From Bdellovibrionales bacterium (lineage in GTDB: Bacteria > Pseudomonadota > Alphaproteobacteria > Micavibrionales > UBA2020): a stretch of 64,000 bases of DNA. Made by a program: the position numbers and the translations under genes. The stretch's first letter is position 1; each line of letters opens with the position of its first letter. The notes beneath the pieces are model-generated. The model had not been told where the DNA came from. It did not search any database and was given only the letters and a program-made list of their open reading frames with translations. Positions 46,346 to 56,822 of the stretch are shown piece after piece. Location of the stretch: positions 20,276-84,275 of the forward strand of contig JBBRVE010000003.1 in NCBI GenBank assembly GCA_038247245.1. Direction: 5' to 3'.

Positions 46346-47491
46346 TCAGGGGGCGGGCGGTTTTGCGGCCGTGGCGGGCGGTTTCGGCGGGGCCAGCACT
46401 TTTTTCACGTGCTGCGCCATCATCAATTCCTCGTCGGTCTTGATCACGTAAACCTTTACCGTGCTGTCGGCGGCGTGGATGGCGGGCTTGTTGCCGTCAT
46501 TCGCCGCTGCATCTGTTTTGACGCCCAGATGTGCCAGTTGCGACAAAATCTTGTCGCGGATAATTCCTGAATTTTCGCCAATGCCGCCGGTAAAGACGAT
46601 GGCATCAACGCCGCCAAGGTCGACGGTGAGTGACGCGGCCTGACGCGCGGCATACAAACAGAACAGGTCGATTGCTTCCTTCGCCTCCGGCTTGTCGCTC
46701 GCGAGGAGCGTGCGGACGTCTTCGGTGATGCCCGATACGCCCTTCAGTCCCGATTGTTTCTGGAAGATGTCGGACAGGCTTTTCGCCGTCTCGCCCTGCT
46801 CCAGCAGGTACAATAAAATGCCGGGGTCGGTTGCGCCTGCGCGCGTGCCCATCATCAAGCCGTCAACGGGGGTGAAGCCCATGGTGGTCGCGACGCTCTT
46901 GCCGTCCTTCATCGCCATCATGCTGGCACCGTTGCCAAGATGCGCGACAATCACGCGGCCCTTGGCCGTTTTTGCATCGGCGACATCGGGCAGTTTCGAT
47001 GCGATATACTCATACGACAGCCCGTGGAACCCGTAACGGATAATGCCTTCATCCGTCAGTTTGCGCGGAATGGCATACATCTGGTTCAGCTTCGCCTGCG
47101 TGCGGTGGAACGCGGTATCGAACGATGCCACCTGCGGCAGGTCGGGGTACTGATCGGTGATCAGCTGGATGCCCTTCAGGTTATGCGGCTGGTGCAGCGG
47201 CGCAAGGGGGCTGAGTTTTTCCAAATCGGCAAAAACCTTCGCGTCAATTTTCTGCGGGGCAGCGTAATCCTTGCCGCCATGCACGACGCGGCGGCCGACG
47301 GCGGTCACATTGTTGGCGGCGATAACGTCCAGTACCTGCTGGAAAGCGGCATCATAACTGCCGGCTTTCTTTACCTCGATATTCTTGCGTTCGATCAGCG
47401 TCAAATCATCGGCACGATATAAACCGTATTTGATCGACGACGATCCGGCGTTGACCACCAGAACCGTTTCGGGTTTCGCGTTTTCTGTCAT
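46346..47491 (-). CDS. ackA: Acetate kinase
   Basis: VLVVNAGSSSIKYGLY, RYGFHGLSYEY and an AHLGNGAS-type motif. A short Pro/Ala-rich C-terminal tail is present. Confidence 0.93.
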   Translation of the reverse strand: MTENAKPETVLVVNAGSSSIKYGLYRADDLTLIERKNIEVKKAGSYDAAFQQVLDVIAANNVTAVGRRVVHGGKDYAAPQKIDAKVFADLEKLSPLAPLHQPHNLKGIQLITDQYPDLPQVASFDTAFHRTQAKLNQMYAIPRKLTDEGIIRYGFHGLSYEYIASKLPDVADAKTAKGRVIVAHLGNGASMMAMKDGKSVATTMGFTPVDGLMMGTRAGATDPGILLYLLEQGETAKSLSDIFQKQSGLKGVSGITEDVRTLLASDKPEAKEAIDLFCLYAARQAASLTVDLGGVDAIVFTGGIGENSGIIRDKILSQLAHLGVKTDAAANDGNKPAIHAADSTVKVYVIKTDEELMMAQHVKKVLAPPKPPATAAKPPAP

Positions 47492-47499
47492 GCCGGTGC

Positions 47500-48417
47500 T
47501 CAGGGCTTTTTCGGCGCGCGGGTCTGGCTGCGGCTGGCAACCAATGCGATTGCCGCCGATGCCTTGCGCTCCTCTGCCTCTGCCGAGCGGCTGTTGAGGA
47601 TGATCGGCACTTTCGCGCCGACGACCACACCGCCGAGCGGCGCTTGCGACATCAGCACGCGCGACTTGAAGTAGATATTGCCCGATTCAAGGTCGGGGAA
47701 GACGAGAATGTCGGGATCGCCCGCAACGTCCGAGAAAATACCCTTCAGGTTCGCCGATTTTTTCGAAATTGCGTTATCCATGCCGAACGGCCCTTCGACC
47801 TTTGCGCCCGTGATCTGGCCGCGCAGCGCCATGACGGTCAGGGCTGCGGCATCCAGTGTCGCCTGCTGGCGGGGCTCGACTTTTTCGGAAGCGGCCAAAA
47901 TCGCCACTTTCGGCTCGCGGCCTTCGATCTTCCAGAACAGGTCAACGGCGTTCTGGATGATATCGCGCTTCATCATCAGGTCGGGCGCTTCATTTACGGC
48001 GGCGTCGGTGATGTAGAGGGGTTTGTGGTAACCGGGATCTTCCATGATGAACACATGGCTCATGCGTTTATCTGTGCGCAGCTGGCCTTCTTTTGCCACG
48101 ATGGGGCTCAGGAATTCGGGTGTATCGATCTTGCCCTTCATCAACGCCTCGGCGCGGCCGGTGCGCACCAGCTCGACGCCCATTTCGGCGGCGGCATGGC
48201 TGTGTTCGGTATTTACGATCTCGAAGGCGGAAATGTCGATATTCGCGTCCTTGGCGGCCTTGCGGATTTTATCCTCGGGGCCGACCAGAATGGGGGTCAT
48301 CAGTTTCGCAGCAGCAGCCTCGAAAGCGCCGCGCAGGGAATTTTCATCGGTGGGGTGAATGACAGCGGTTTTGAGCGGTGCGGTATCGGGGGTCAGCTTG
48401 TCGTAGATGTGTTTCAA
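47500..48417 (-). CDS. Phosphate acetyl/butyryl-transferase (PTA_PTB family, short form)
   Basis: 305 aa lying 8 nt upstream of ackA on the same strand. The PTA_PTB-like sequence includes LMKGKIDT and ILVFPDLESGNIYFK. Confidence 0.85.
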   Translation of the reverse strand: MKHIYDKLTPDTAPLKTAVIHPTDENSLRGAFEAAAAKLMTPILVGPEDKIRKAAKDANIDISAFEIVNTEHSHAAAEMGVELVRTGRAEALMKGKIDTPEFLSPIVAKEGQLRTDKRMSHVFIMEDPGYHKPLYITDAAVNEAPDLMMKRDIIQNAVDLFWKIEGREPKVAILAASEKVEPRQQATLDAAALTVMALRGQITGAKVEGPFGMDNAISKKSANLKGIFSDVAGDPDILVFPDLESGNIYFKSRVLMSQAPLGGVVVGAKVPIILNSRSAEAEERKASAAIALVASRSQTRAPKKP

Positions 48418-48718
48418 TTCTTTGTCCCTTAATGTGTGCCTCGGGACTGATTCCCGATGGCTGTTAAGATCATTATGCTGTGCTTGAGCACAATTAGGCG
48501 CGAGAACCCATGGCTTGTCAAGTTGCCGATAATAACCGGACTGTTAACAACCTGAAAATGAAAGAAAATTTCGAGAGGTTTCGATGTTGCAGGGCAGCAT
48601 TAAATTACTGATTTCATTATAATAATATTACGCTAAAAAGGGTTTGACCCGATGCCTTCGTTTAACATATTGTATGACCTGTTTAGGTCAACCAGCCACA
48701 TTCCGGAGACGAAAAACA

Positions 48719-51487
48719 ATGACGACCGATTTTATCTTCAATCCCGATCGCCAACCCATGATCCGCGCGGATTACCGCCCCTCCGAATATAAAATCGACA
48801 AGGCCGACCTTTACATCAACCTCGATGAAACCAACACCAATGTGCGCAGCACGCTGCATGTGGATCGCAACCCTTCGGTCGCGGCACTCGGCGGCCCGCT
48901 GATCCTCGACGGGTCGGATCTGAAATTAAAAAGCGTCAAGATCCTCGAAAACGGCGCATGGCGCGCGCTCGATCGTCAGGAATTCAAGGTGGACGGAGAA
49001 CAATTAATCATCAAGCGCCCGCCCGCAGGCGCGTTTCAGCTGCAGATTGAAAACGACATCAACCCGACCACCAATACGGAATTGTCGGGCATCTACATGT
49101 CGGGCGACAACATCATCACCTCGCAGAACGAAGCGCAGGGCTTCCGCCGCATCACCTACTTCCTCGACCGCCCCGACAACCTTGCGGTCATCGGCGCAAC
49201 GCTGGAGGCCGACAAGGCGAAATACCCCGTGCTGCTGTCGAACGGCAACGGCGATTTCCGCGCGACCGAAGACCTCGGCAATGGCCGTCACCGCATTTCG
49301 TGGTCGGATCCCTGGCCGAAGCCGTCCTACCTGTTCGCAACCGTCGCGGGCGACCTGCAGGTGCTGGAAGATAAATTCACCACCATGTCGGGCAAAGTCG
49401 TCGATATCCGTATTTTCGTGCAATCCGGTTACGAAGACAAAATCCAGTGGGCGATGGAAGCAACGAAACGCGCCATGAAATGGGATGAAGTCCGCTATGG
49501 CCGCGAATACGACCTTGATAACTTCCACATTGTCGCCGTCGATAAATTCAACGCGGGCGCGATGGAAAACAAGGGCCTGAACATCTTCAACGTCAGCCGC
49601 CTTGTCGGCAACGCCGAAACCTCGACCGATACCGACCTGATGGATATCGAGGAAGTCATCGGCCACGAATATTTCCACAACTGGACCGGCGACCGCGTCA
49701 CCGTGCGCGACTGGTTTGAATTGTCGCTGAAAGAGTCGCTGACCAGCCTGCGCCAGCGCCAGTTTGCATCGGATATGCATTCCGCGCCCGTGAAGCTGAT
49801 CGAGGACGCCATGGTGCTGCGCACCGGCCAGTTTATCGAGGATTCCGGCCCCGGCGCGCATTTCGTGCGTCCCGAACGCGTGGAGGAATTCGACAACATT
49901 TATTCCACGACCATCTATCAAAAAGGCAAACACGTCCTCGCGATGATGAACACCATCATGGGCGACCAGATGTGGCGCACGGCGATGGACAACTACTTTA
50001 ATAAATTCGACGGCAAGGCCGTGACGGTTGATGACTTCATCGACAACATGCAGGACACGTCGGGCATCAACCTGACGCAGTTCCGCCGCTGGTACAGCCA
50101 GTCGGGCACGCCGGAAATCAGCTACGAAGGCAAATATGACGCGGCGGCGAAAACCTATTCGCTGACGCTGTCGCAATTCAACCCCGGCACGGCCGACCAG
50201 CCGTTGTCGGAAAAACAAAACCTGCATATTCCGATTTCCGTCGGCCTGATCGGCCAGAGCGGCAAGGATGTACCTCTGCAACTGCAGGGCGAAGCGGCGG
50301 CGGGCGACACAACCCGCGTGCTGAACCTGACGCAGGGCAAGCAGACTTTCGTGTTTGAAAACGTGAACGGCCCGGTCGTTCCCTCCGTGCTCCGCAACTT
50401 CTCCGCGCCCGTCAAGATCATGACGCAGCCGAGCGATGCGGAACTCATCTTCCGCATGGAGCACGACAGCAACCCGTTCAACAAGTTCGAGGCGAAAGAA
50501 CGCCTGACGCTGAAAACGCTGCTGGGTTTGATCGACGATGTGCAGGCGGGCCGCCCGCTTGCGGTTGGTCGCGAATTCCTCGATGCCTTCGGTGCAAACG
50601 TCGCGAAAGCGGCGGCCGGCGGCGGCGATCAGGCGTTTGCGGCGCAGCTGCTGACACTGCCCGCCTATAACATCGTGATCCAGAGCCTGAAAACGGTCGA
50701 TCCGGATGCGATCAAGAAAGCGACGGGCTTCCTCTCCACCACCATCGCCCAGACTTTCCAGTCTGACTTCGAGGAAATTTATAAACAGACGACCGCTCCC
50801 GCAGGTGAAAAATACGATGTCGTTCCCGCGCAAGTGGGCCGCCGCGACCTGCACAACTCGTCGCTGGCTTTCCTCAACAAACTGAAAACGCCGGAAACGC
50901 TGGCGGCTGCCGTCAACCAATACACCGGCGCCACCAACATGACTGAAAAACTGGGCGCGCTTGGCGTGCTTGCGCGCCTCGACGGCCCCGAAGGCAAGGC
51001 CGCGCTGCATGATTTCTACGAGCGTTATAAAACGGTCAACAACGTGGTCGACCGCTGGCTGAGCCTGAATGCCGCAACAGCATCGGGCGATGCGGCGGGC
51101 CAGATGCGCCAGCTGCTGGAACACGAAGCCTTCGACTTCACGAACCCGAACAAGGTGCGTGCGGCCATCGGCGGCTTCACCGCCAGCAACGCGACCGCCT
51201 TCCACAACAAGGACGGTTCGGGCTATGCCTTCCTCGCCGATGTCGTGATCAAGATGAACGACATCAACCCCCGCACCGGCGGCCAGATTGTGAAGCCCCT
51301 GACGCAGTTCAAGCGTTACGACGCTGAACGCCAGGCGCTGATGGTGAAGGAACTGGAGCGTATCCGCGAAACTCCCAACCTTGATAAAGGCATCAAGGAA
51401 CTGGTCGGCCAGGCGCTTGCCACGGTCGAAAAACCGCAGGCCGCCGCCAACAACAACGGCAAAAAGCCGGTCGCGCCCGCGGCGTAA
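48719..51487 (+). CDS. pepN: Aminopeptidase N (M1 family)
   Basis: The ATG at 48719 follows GGAG. It has the GAMEN motif (NAGAMENKGLNIF) and HEYFHNWTGDRVT with a downstream Glu. The track start at 48644 is a TTG in the promoter region. Confidence 0.95.
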   Translation: MTTDFIFNPDRQPMIRADYRPSEYKIDKADLYINLDETNTNVRSTLHVDRNPSVAALGGPLILDGSDLKLKSVKILENGAWRALDRQEFKVDGEQLIIKRPPAGAFQLQIENDINPTTNTELSGIYMSGDNIITSQNEAQGFRRITYFLDRPDNLAVIGATLEADKAKYPVLLSNGNGDFRATEDLGNGRHRISWSDPWPKPSYLFATVAGDLQVLEDKFTTMSGKVVDIRIFVQSGYEDKIQWAMEATKRAMKWDEVRYGREYDLDNFHIVAVDKFNAGAMENKGLNIFNVSRLVGNAETSTDTDLMDIEEVIGHEYFHNWTGDRVTVRDWFELSLKESLTSLRQRQFASDMHSAPVKLIEDAMVLRTGQFIEDSGPGAHFVRPERVEEFDNIYSTTIYQKGKHVLAMMNTIMGDQMWRTAMDNYFNKFDGKAVTVDDFIDNMQDTSGINLTQFRRWYSQSGTPEISYEGKYDAAAKTYSLTLSQFNPGTADQPLSEKQNLHIPISVGLIGQSGKDVPLQLQGEAAAGDTTRVLNLTQGKQTFVFENVNGPVVPSVLRNFSAPVKIMTQPSDAELIFRMEHDSNPFNKFEAKERLTLKTLLGLIDDVQAGRPLAVGREFLDAFGANVAKAAAGGGDQAFAAQLLTLPAYNIVIQSLKTVDPDAIKKATGFLSTTIAQTFQSDFEEIYKQTTAPAGEKYDVVPAQVGRRDLHNSSLAFLNKLKTPETLAAAVNQYTGATNMTEKLGALGVLARLDGPEGKAALHDFYERYKTVNNVVDRWLSLNAATASGDAAGQMRQLLEHEAFDFTNPNKVRAAIGGFTASNATAFHNKDGSGYAFLADVVIKMNDINPRTGGQIVKPLTQFKRYDAERQALMVKELERIRETPNLDKGIKELVGQALATVEKPQAAANNNGKKPVAPAA

Positions 51488-51506
51488 CATAACACCGATA
51501 ACAATC

Positions 51507-51536
51507 AAGCCCGGCGCACCCCGCCGGGCTTTTTTG
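51507..51536 (+). terminator. Rho-independent terminator after pepN
   Basis: Stem AAGCCCGGCG, loop caccc, stem CGCCGGGCTT, then TTTTGTT. Confidence 0.85.
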
Positions 51537-51581
51537 TTGGGTTTTCCTGTGCTATTCAGGTGCAGGTATCCGGAGGAATAA

Positions 51582-52385
51582 ATGACCGATTGGAACAACG
51601 GCCTCTCGCGCGAATATTTTGGCGAATTCAAGGGACGCGGCGTGATTATTGCTGGCGGTGCCGCCGGTATCGGCGCGGCATTGGCCGATGCGTTTCAATG
51701 GCTGGGCGCGACGGTTGCGGTGGTCGATAAAAATCCTTCCGCTGCGGGCATCAGCATCACCGCCGACCTCACCGATGAAAAATCGCGCAGCACAGCCCTT
51801 GCGGAGGCTTGCGAAAAGGTTGGCGCGCCCGCCGCTTTCGTCAGCACGCTCGGCTTCGACAGCCGCCTTGGTTTCGACCTGACGCAGGAACAGGCGGAAC
51901 ACCTGATGCGCGTCAATTTCTTCGCGCCTGTTTTCGCCGCGCGCGATGTGATGCCGATAATGCGCAAGGGCGGTGGTGGCGCGATCTGCCTTTTTACTTC
52001 ACGCCACGGATCGGAGATTTTTGAGCCAGATATGACAGGTTACGGTTGCGCCAAGGCCGCGCTGGATAGCGGCATCAAACGCCTTGCCGTGAAGGCGGGC
52101 GAAGATAACACCGCCGCCAACATCATCCGCGTTTTCGGTTTCTGCCCCGGCTGGGTGCAGTCCGATAACCAAATGGCGCGTTTCAACGCCAAGCAATTCG
52201 ATGACGCGGCCAAGGAACAGCTGGTGCCGGTCGGCATGCAGCCTGCCGATATCGTGCCCGCAATCATCTTTGGCCTGTCGAAACATTCAAAATTATTGTC
52301 CGGCACTACGCTCCGTTTTGACGCGGGCGAGGGGCAGGTAAAAACAAGCGCAATCACGGCAGGCAGCAAAAAGGCGGCATCATGA
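51582..52385 (+). CDS. Short-chain dehydrogenase/reductase (SDR)
   Basis: IIAGGAAGIGAALA cofactor motif and the catalytic YGCAKAAL (YxxxK). Confidence 0.85.
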   Translation: MTDWNNGLSREYFGEFKGRGVIIAGGAAGIGAALADAFQWLGATVAVVDKNPSAAGISITADLTDEKSRSTALAEACEKVGAPAAFVSTLGFDSRLGFDLTQEQAEHLMRVNFFAPVFAARDVMPIMRKGGGGAICLFTSRHGSEIFEPDMTGYGCAKAALDSGIKRLAVKAGEDNTAANIIRVFGFCPGWVQSDNQMARFNAKQFDDAAKEQLVPVGMQPADIVPAIIFGLSKHSKLLSGTTLRFDAGEGQVKTSAITAGSKKAAS

Positions 52386-53254
52386 AAGCGGAACTGCTCG
52401 ACGCCGGTCTTCCGGCATCCGAACTGGGCGAAGGCGTCAACTGGGACGCCCGCGCGAAAAAACTGTATTGGGTCGATATCATCGGCAAATGCATCCACCG
52501 CACCGATGCGGACGGAAAAAATTACCAGTCCTATAAAACCCCGTCCATGATCGGCTTCATGGCGATTGCGGAGGAGGGGGGCTGCATCGCGGGCCTGCGC
52601 GACGGGTTTTATAAGCTCGACCTCGCCGAAGATGTGAATGCGCGACCGCTGTTCCATCCCACTTTCGCCGACCGCGACAACCGCTTCAACGACGGCAAGT
52701 GTGACCGCCGCGGGCGCGTCTGGGGAGGCACGATGAACGACCTTGACCATAAAAAACCGACGGGCGCGCTGTACCGCCTTGATACGAACGGGCTGCATAC
52801 GCAGGAAGAAGGCGTCTTTATTTCCAACGGCCTCGGCTGGTCGCCCGACAACAAGGTGATGTATTACATCGACACCGGACGCAACACGCTGTTCACCTAT
52901 GACTACGATATCGAAGCCGGCGAAGCCGCCAACCGAAAACCGCTGATTGAATTCAACGGCAAGCGCCCCGATGGCATGTGCGTTGATTCAAGTGGCCGTT
53001 TGTATGTCGCGCTCTGGGGGGGCTGGGCGGTCGATATTTACGCGCCGGATGGAAAATATATCGACAGCATCGTGGTCGATGCGCCGCAGGTTTCGTGCTG
53101 CTGCTTCGGCGGGGATGATTTAAAAACGCTGTATATCAGCACGGCCTATGTCGGCCTGTCGCCGGAAAAACGCGACGAAGCGCCAAATGCGGGCAAGACA
53201 TTCATGATCCGCATGGATGTTGCGGGCCTGCCCGAAACACCGGCGCGGATTTAA
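52382..53254 (+). CDS. SMP-30/gluconolactonase/LRE-family lactonase
   Basis: LGEGVNWDARAKKLYWVDI, FNDGKCDRRGRVW, NGLGWSPD and PDGMCVDSSGRLYVA. The ATGA start overlaps the SDR stop. Confidence 0.85.
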   Translation: MKAELLDAGLPASELGEGVNWDARAKKLYWVDIIGKCIHRTDADGKNYQSYKTPSMIGFMAIAEEGGCIAGLRDGFYKLDLAEDVNARPLFHPTFADRDNRFNDGKCDRRGRVWGGTMNDLDHKKPTGALYRLDTNGLHTQEEGVFISNGLGWSPDNKVMYYIDTGRNTLFTYDYDIEAGEAANRKPLIEFNGKRPDGMCVDSSGRLYVALWGGWAVDIYAPDGKYIDSIVVDAPQVSCCCFGGDDLKTLYISTAYVGLSPEKRDEAPNAGKTFMIRMDVAGLPETPARI

Positions 53255-53259
53255 TCGCC

Positions 53260-54195
53260 ATGCAGATTTTCGCAGACTGGGGCAACACCAATTTCCGCGC
53301 CTTCCTGATGAAGGACGGCGAAATTGTCGAGCGTTATACGTCGGCGGAGGGCGGCATCCAGAAAGTTTTCACCGCACCCGAAAGCCGTGTTGTCGATTAC
53401 AGCGGTTTCATCACAAAACATATAGCGGGCTGGCTGCAGCAATACCCAGCCGCTCCCATTTATATCGCGGGCGCGGCGGGCGGGCGTGACGGCTGGGTTG
53501 AAACCACCTATTCGATTGCGCCTGCAGGCTTGGCCGATGTGAAGCGCAATCTGCACCGCATCGCGCCCGAACATCTGGGCGCGGCGGCGGGACGCGAAAT
53601 CTATATCGCATCCGGCTGCACGATTGCGATGCCTGATGGACGTCACGATGTCATCCGGTCGGAAGAAGTCAAAAGCCTTGGCGCGGCGCGTCACCTGAAA
53701 CGCGACACCGTGCTGCTCTGCATCCCCGGCACGCACTGCAAATGGGTAAAGATCGAGGGCGACAAGATCGTGCATTTCGAATCCGCGCTGACGGGCGAAT
53801 TGTACGGCATCTTAAGCGAGCGCGGCGCGCTGGCGGCGTTGTTCCGCTTTGATAAAAATTCGCAGCAGAAGGATATGGGGTCGTTCAACCAGGGCCTTGA
53901 AATGGCGGGTCGCGGGTTTGACCTGCTGACCGACCTGTGGCAGGTGCGCGCGCAAAAACTCCGCGCCAATCCGCATCCCGCCGATATGCAGGCGTATTTT
54001 TCCGGCATCCTGATCGGTCATGAACTGCGCCAGATGGAAAGGCTGTTCCCGGGTAAACCGCCCGCTGTGTTGCTGATGGACGGTGGCGCGAAGCGCGAAT
54101 TTTACGCGCGCGCGTTTGAATGGATGGGCTGGCAACTGGATTGCGAAGTCGACAGCGAAACGGCGGTCGTCTCCGGCCTGCTGGGCGTTATTTAA
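53260..54195 (+). CDS. dgoK: 2-dehydro-3-deoxygalactonokinase
   Basis: The N-terminal ADWGNTNFRAFL and IPGTHCKWV match the DgoK family pattern. Confidence 0.8.
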   Translation: MQIFADWGNTNFRAFLMKDGEIVERYTSAEGGIQKVFTAPESRVVDYSGFITKHIAGWLQQYPAAPIYIAGAAGGRDGWVETTYSIAPAGLADVKRNLHRIAPEHLGAAAGREIYIASGCTIAMPDGRHDVIRSEEVKSLGAARHLKRDTVLLCIPGTHCKWVKIEGDKIVHFESALTGELYGILSERGALAALFRFDKNSQQKDMGSFNQGLEMAGRGFDLLTDLWQVRAQKLRANPHPADMQAYFSGILIGHELRQMERLFPGKPPAVLLMDGGAKREFYARAFEWMGWQLDCEVDSETAVVSGLLGVI

Positions 54196-54817
54196 GGTCT
54201 TTGGTGGCCGCAGTCAGCGCCTCGGCGCGTTTTTGCACTTCGTCCGCGGGTGTCCCCGGCTTATACAGCGACGATCCAACACCGAATGCATAGCAGCCAG
54301 CCGTGTGGAATGAGGCAACCGTATCAACCGCGATGCCGCCGGTCGGGATGACCTTGATATGCGTCGGCAGCACCGATTTCAGCGCGCGGATATAATTCGG
54401 GCCGCAGCTGTCGGCAGGAAAAATTTTCAGGAATTTCGATCCCAGCTTGATGGCGTCAAACGCCTCCGTCGCCGTATAGACGCCCGGCATCATCACCATG
54501 TCGCGGGCAAGCGCGGCCTTCACCACATCGGCATCTGTGTTCGGCGCGACGATCAGGCGCGCGCCCGTCTTGTGGACTTTCTCCACATCCTCCGCCGTCA
54601 ATACCGTGCCCGCGCCGATCAACGCTGTGTCACCGAAGCGCTTCACAAGGCGCGAAATGCTCTCGAACGGGTCGGGGGAATTGAGCGGTACTTCAAGGCA
54701 ACGCCAGCCCGCATTGAAAATCGCCTCGCCCACGGCCAGCACTTCATCGGGCTTGATGCCGCGCAGGATGGCGATCAGGCGGTTTTGCGAAAAAAACTGG
54801 TCGGCGGTCGCGGGCAT
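54188..54817 (-). CDS. dgoA: 2-dehydro-3-deoxy-6-phosphogalactonate / KDPG-type aldolase
   Basis: LIAILRGIKPDEVLAVGEAIFNAGWRCLEVPLNSP and the Schiff-base lysine context FLKIFPA. Confidence 0.8.
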   Translation of the reverse strand: MPATADQFFSQNRLIAILRGIKPDEVLAVGEAIFNAGWRCLEVPLNSPDPFESISRLVKRFGDTALIGAGTVLTAEDVEKVHKTGARLIVAPNTDADVVKAALARDMVMMPGVYTATEAFDAIKLGSKFLKIFPADSCGPNYIRALKSVLPTHIKVIPTGGIAVDTVASFHTAGCYAFGVGSSLYKPGTPADEVQKRAEALTAATKDLK

Positions 54818-54829
54818 TTTTAGTTTCCT

Positions 54830-56656
54830 TTAATGTTGCGGGCGCAGGTATTCGCGCACGCGCTTGGCGATTTCTTCGCGCGCCAGTTCGGGGCGGTCGA
54901 ACATTTTCATGTATGCGCCGACGCTCGCCTGATGCACGCCCATTTTCGGATCGGACCAGATGACGCCCCACGGGCTGTGGATCGGCGTCGGCTTGATGAC
55001 CAGTTCTGCGCGCCGTTTGTCGAGCTCTTCGGCGGATACGTCCATGTTCAGCTGCTTGTTCGCAACATCCAGCGTCACCCAGTCGCCGGTTTTTACCAGC
55101 GCCAGCGGCCCGCCCGCCGCCGCTTCGGGCGACACATGCAGCACATGACAGCCATAGGCCGTGCCGCTCATGCGCGCATCCGATACCGTCACCATCGCCT
55201 TCACGCCCTTCGCCAGCAGATAGCCGGGCGGGCGCACATTGCCGACTTCCGGCATGCCGGGATAACCCAAGGGGCCGCAGTTGCGCAGGATCAGCACGCG
55301 GTCGGGCGTGATGCCTTCCGCGGGGTTATCGATGCGCTTGTGATATTCCTCGATGCTGTCGAACACAACGGCTTGGCCGCGATGCTGCAGCAGGTTTTTC
55401 TCAGCCACCGCCGACACCTTGATGACCGCGCCATCGGGGCAGAGGTTGCCCTTCAAAATTACGATGCCGCCATCCGGCAGCAGCGGTTCTTTCACCGTCT
55501 TGATGATATTCGTGTCGGTATAGGGGTCGCGTGCGGCGAGCTCTTCCTTCATCGTCTTGCCGGTGCACCATTTCGCATCGTCTTTCACGTATCCGGCGGC
55601 AGCCAGTTCGCGCAATACGGCGGGCATGCCGCCCGCGCGGAAATATTCCTCCATCAAAAACGCGCCCGACGGTTTCACGTTCACCAGCAACGGCACTTTC
55701 GATCCGTATTCCTGCCAGTCGTCGATGGTGAAATCGATATCGGCCATGTTGGCGATCGCCAGCAAATGCACGACCGCATTGGTCGACCCGCCGATGGCCG
55801 CGTTCGCCGCAACCGCGTTCAGGAAGGATTGACGCGTGACAAAGGTAGAGGGGCGGCGGTCGGCCAGCACCATGCGCACGGCTTCCTCGCCCGCGCGGAA
55901 TGAATAATGCGCGCGCTCCGCCATCGGGGCGGGGATGGATGACGCGCCGAACAGCGTCAAGCCCAATGCCTCTGCCATGCTATTCAGCGTCGATGCCGTG
56001 CCCATGCTCATGCAATGGCCGGCACTTGGCTGCGCGGCACATGATCTCACCATCAATTCGTCTTCGGTGATTTTCCCGGCGGCCAGCAATTCGCGGTTCT
56101 TCCACAAATGTACGCCCGATGCCGATTGTTCGCCGTGATAATACCCGTTCAGCATCGGCCCTGCCGACGCCACGATCGTCGGCAAATCTGTCAGCAGCGT
56201 CGCCATCAATCCGGCCGGCACGGTCTTGTCGCAACCGGTCAGCAGCACCAACCCATCCATGGGGTTCGCAATGATGGTTTCGATCAGCGTCATCGCGGTC
56301 AAATTCCGCATATACATCGATGTCGGGCGCGTCAGCGGCTCGCCCAGCGGCGGCGCGATATCGAACTGGAAGGGGATCCCGCCTGCCTGACGCACGCCCT
56401 GCGCCACGCGGTCGTTCAGGTGATGGTCATGCATTGCCTGACAGGGGTTCAGGTCGCCGCCGAATTTGCAGATGCCGATGATGGGGCGGCGGCCGCTTTC
56501 GGTTTTGTCGGCCAGCGGATGGTCGGTCGTGCCGCACAGTTCTTCCATCGTGAATTTCGAATTCACCATCTTGCCGGTATGGTGCGCGCGCACATCGACG
56601 GCGGCGGCCTGTCCGAACCAATAATCGCTGCGCAGGAAAACTTTTTTATCGGCCAT
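54830..56656 (-). CDS. IlvD/Edd-family sugar-acid dehydratase
   Basis: 608 aa with LLTGCDKTVPAG (Fe-S Cys motif) and MSGTAYG-type C-terminal motifs. It lies 12 nt upstream of the aldolase gene. Confidence 0.88.
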   Translation of the reverse strand: MADKKVFLRSDYWFGQAAAVDVRAHHTGKMVNSKFTMEELCGTTDHPLADKTESGRRPIIGICKFGGDLNPCQAMHDHHLNDRVAQGVRQAGGIPFQFDIAPPLGEPLTRPTSMYMRNLTAMTLIETIIANPMDGLVLLTGCDKTVPAGLMATLLTDLPTIVASAGPMLNGYYHGEQSASGVHLWKNRELLAAGKITEDELMVRSCAAQPSAGHCMSMGTASTLNSMAEALGLTLFGASSIPAPMAERAHYSFRAGEEAVRMVLADRRPSTFVTRQSFLNAVAANAAIGGSTNAVVHLLAIANMADIDFTIDDWQEYGSKVPLLVNVKPSGAFLMEEYFRAGGMPAVLRELAAAGYVKDDAKWCTGKTMKEELAARDPYTDTNIIKTVKEPLLPDGGIVILKGNLCPDGAVIKVSAVAEKNLLQHRGQAVVFDSIEEYHKRIDNPAEGITPDRVLILRNCGPLGYPGMPEVGNVRPPGYLLAKGVKAMVTVSDARMSGTAYGCHVLHVSPEAAAGGPLALVKTGDWVTLDVANKQLNMDVSAEELDKRRAELVIKPTPIHSPWGVIWSDPKMGVHQASVGAYMKMFDRPELAREEIAKRVREYLRPQH

Positions 56657-56822
56657 GGTGGCACCCCTTTTTGACCCGTCATTTTTACTATAGGCGGGTG
56701 ACGGATGCTAGCGCGAATGCCCTTGAAAAGACTTTGTTTTAGGCGGATTGACCTTGCCATAAAATCAGCCTATCTTAATCAACAATCAACAATGCCGCGC
56801 CACAACCAGACGGGATGGAATC

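Noticed and set aside
56740-56790. The word AAATCAGCCTA(T/A) occurs upstream of tldD and again twice near 59930-59970 upstream of cmk, which might be a shared operator or repeat element.
   Set aside because: The word is only about 10-12 nt and sits within generic TTGAC-N17-TATCTT-like promoter contexts. Too few and too short copies exist to distinguish it from chance without genome-wide counting.
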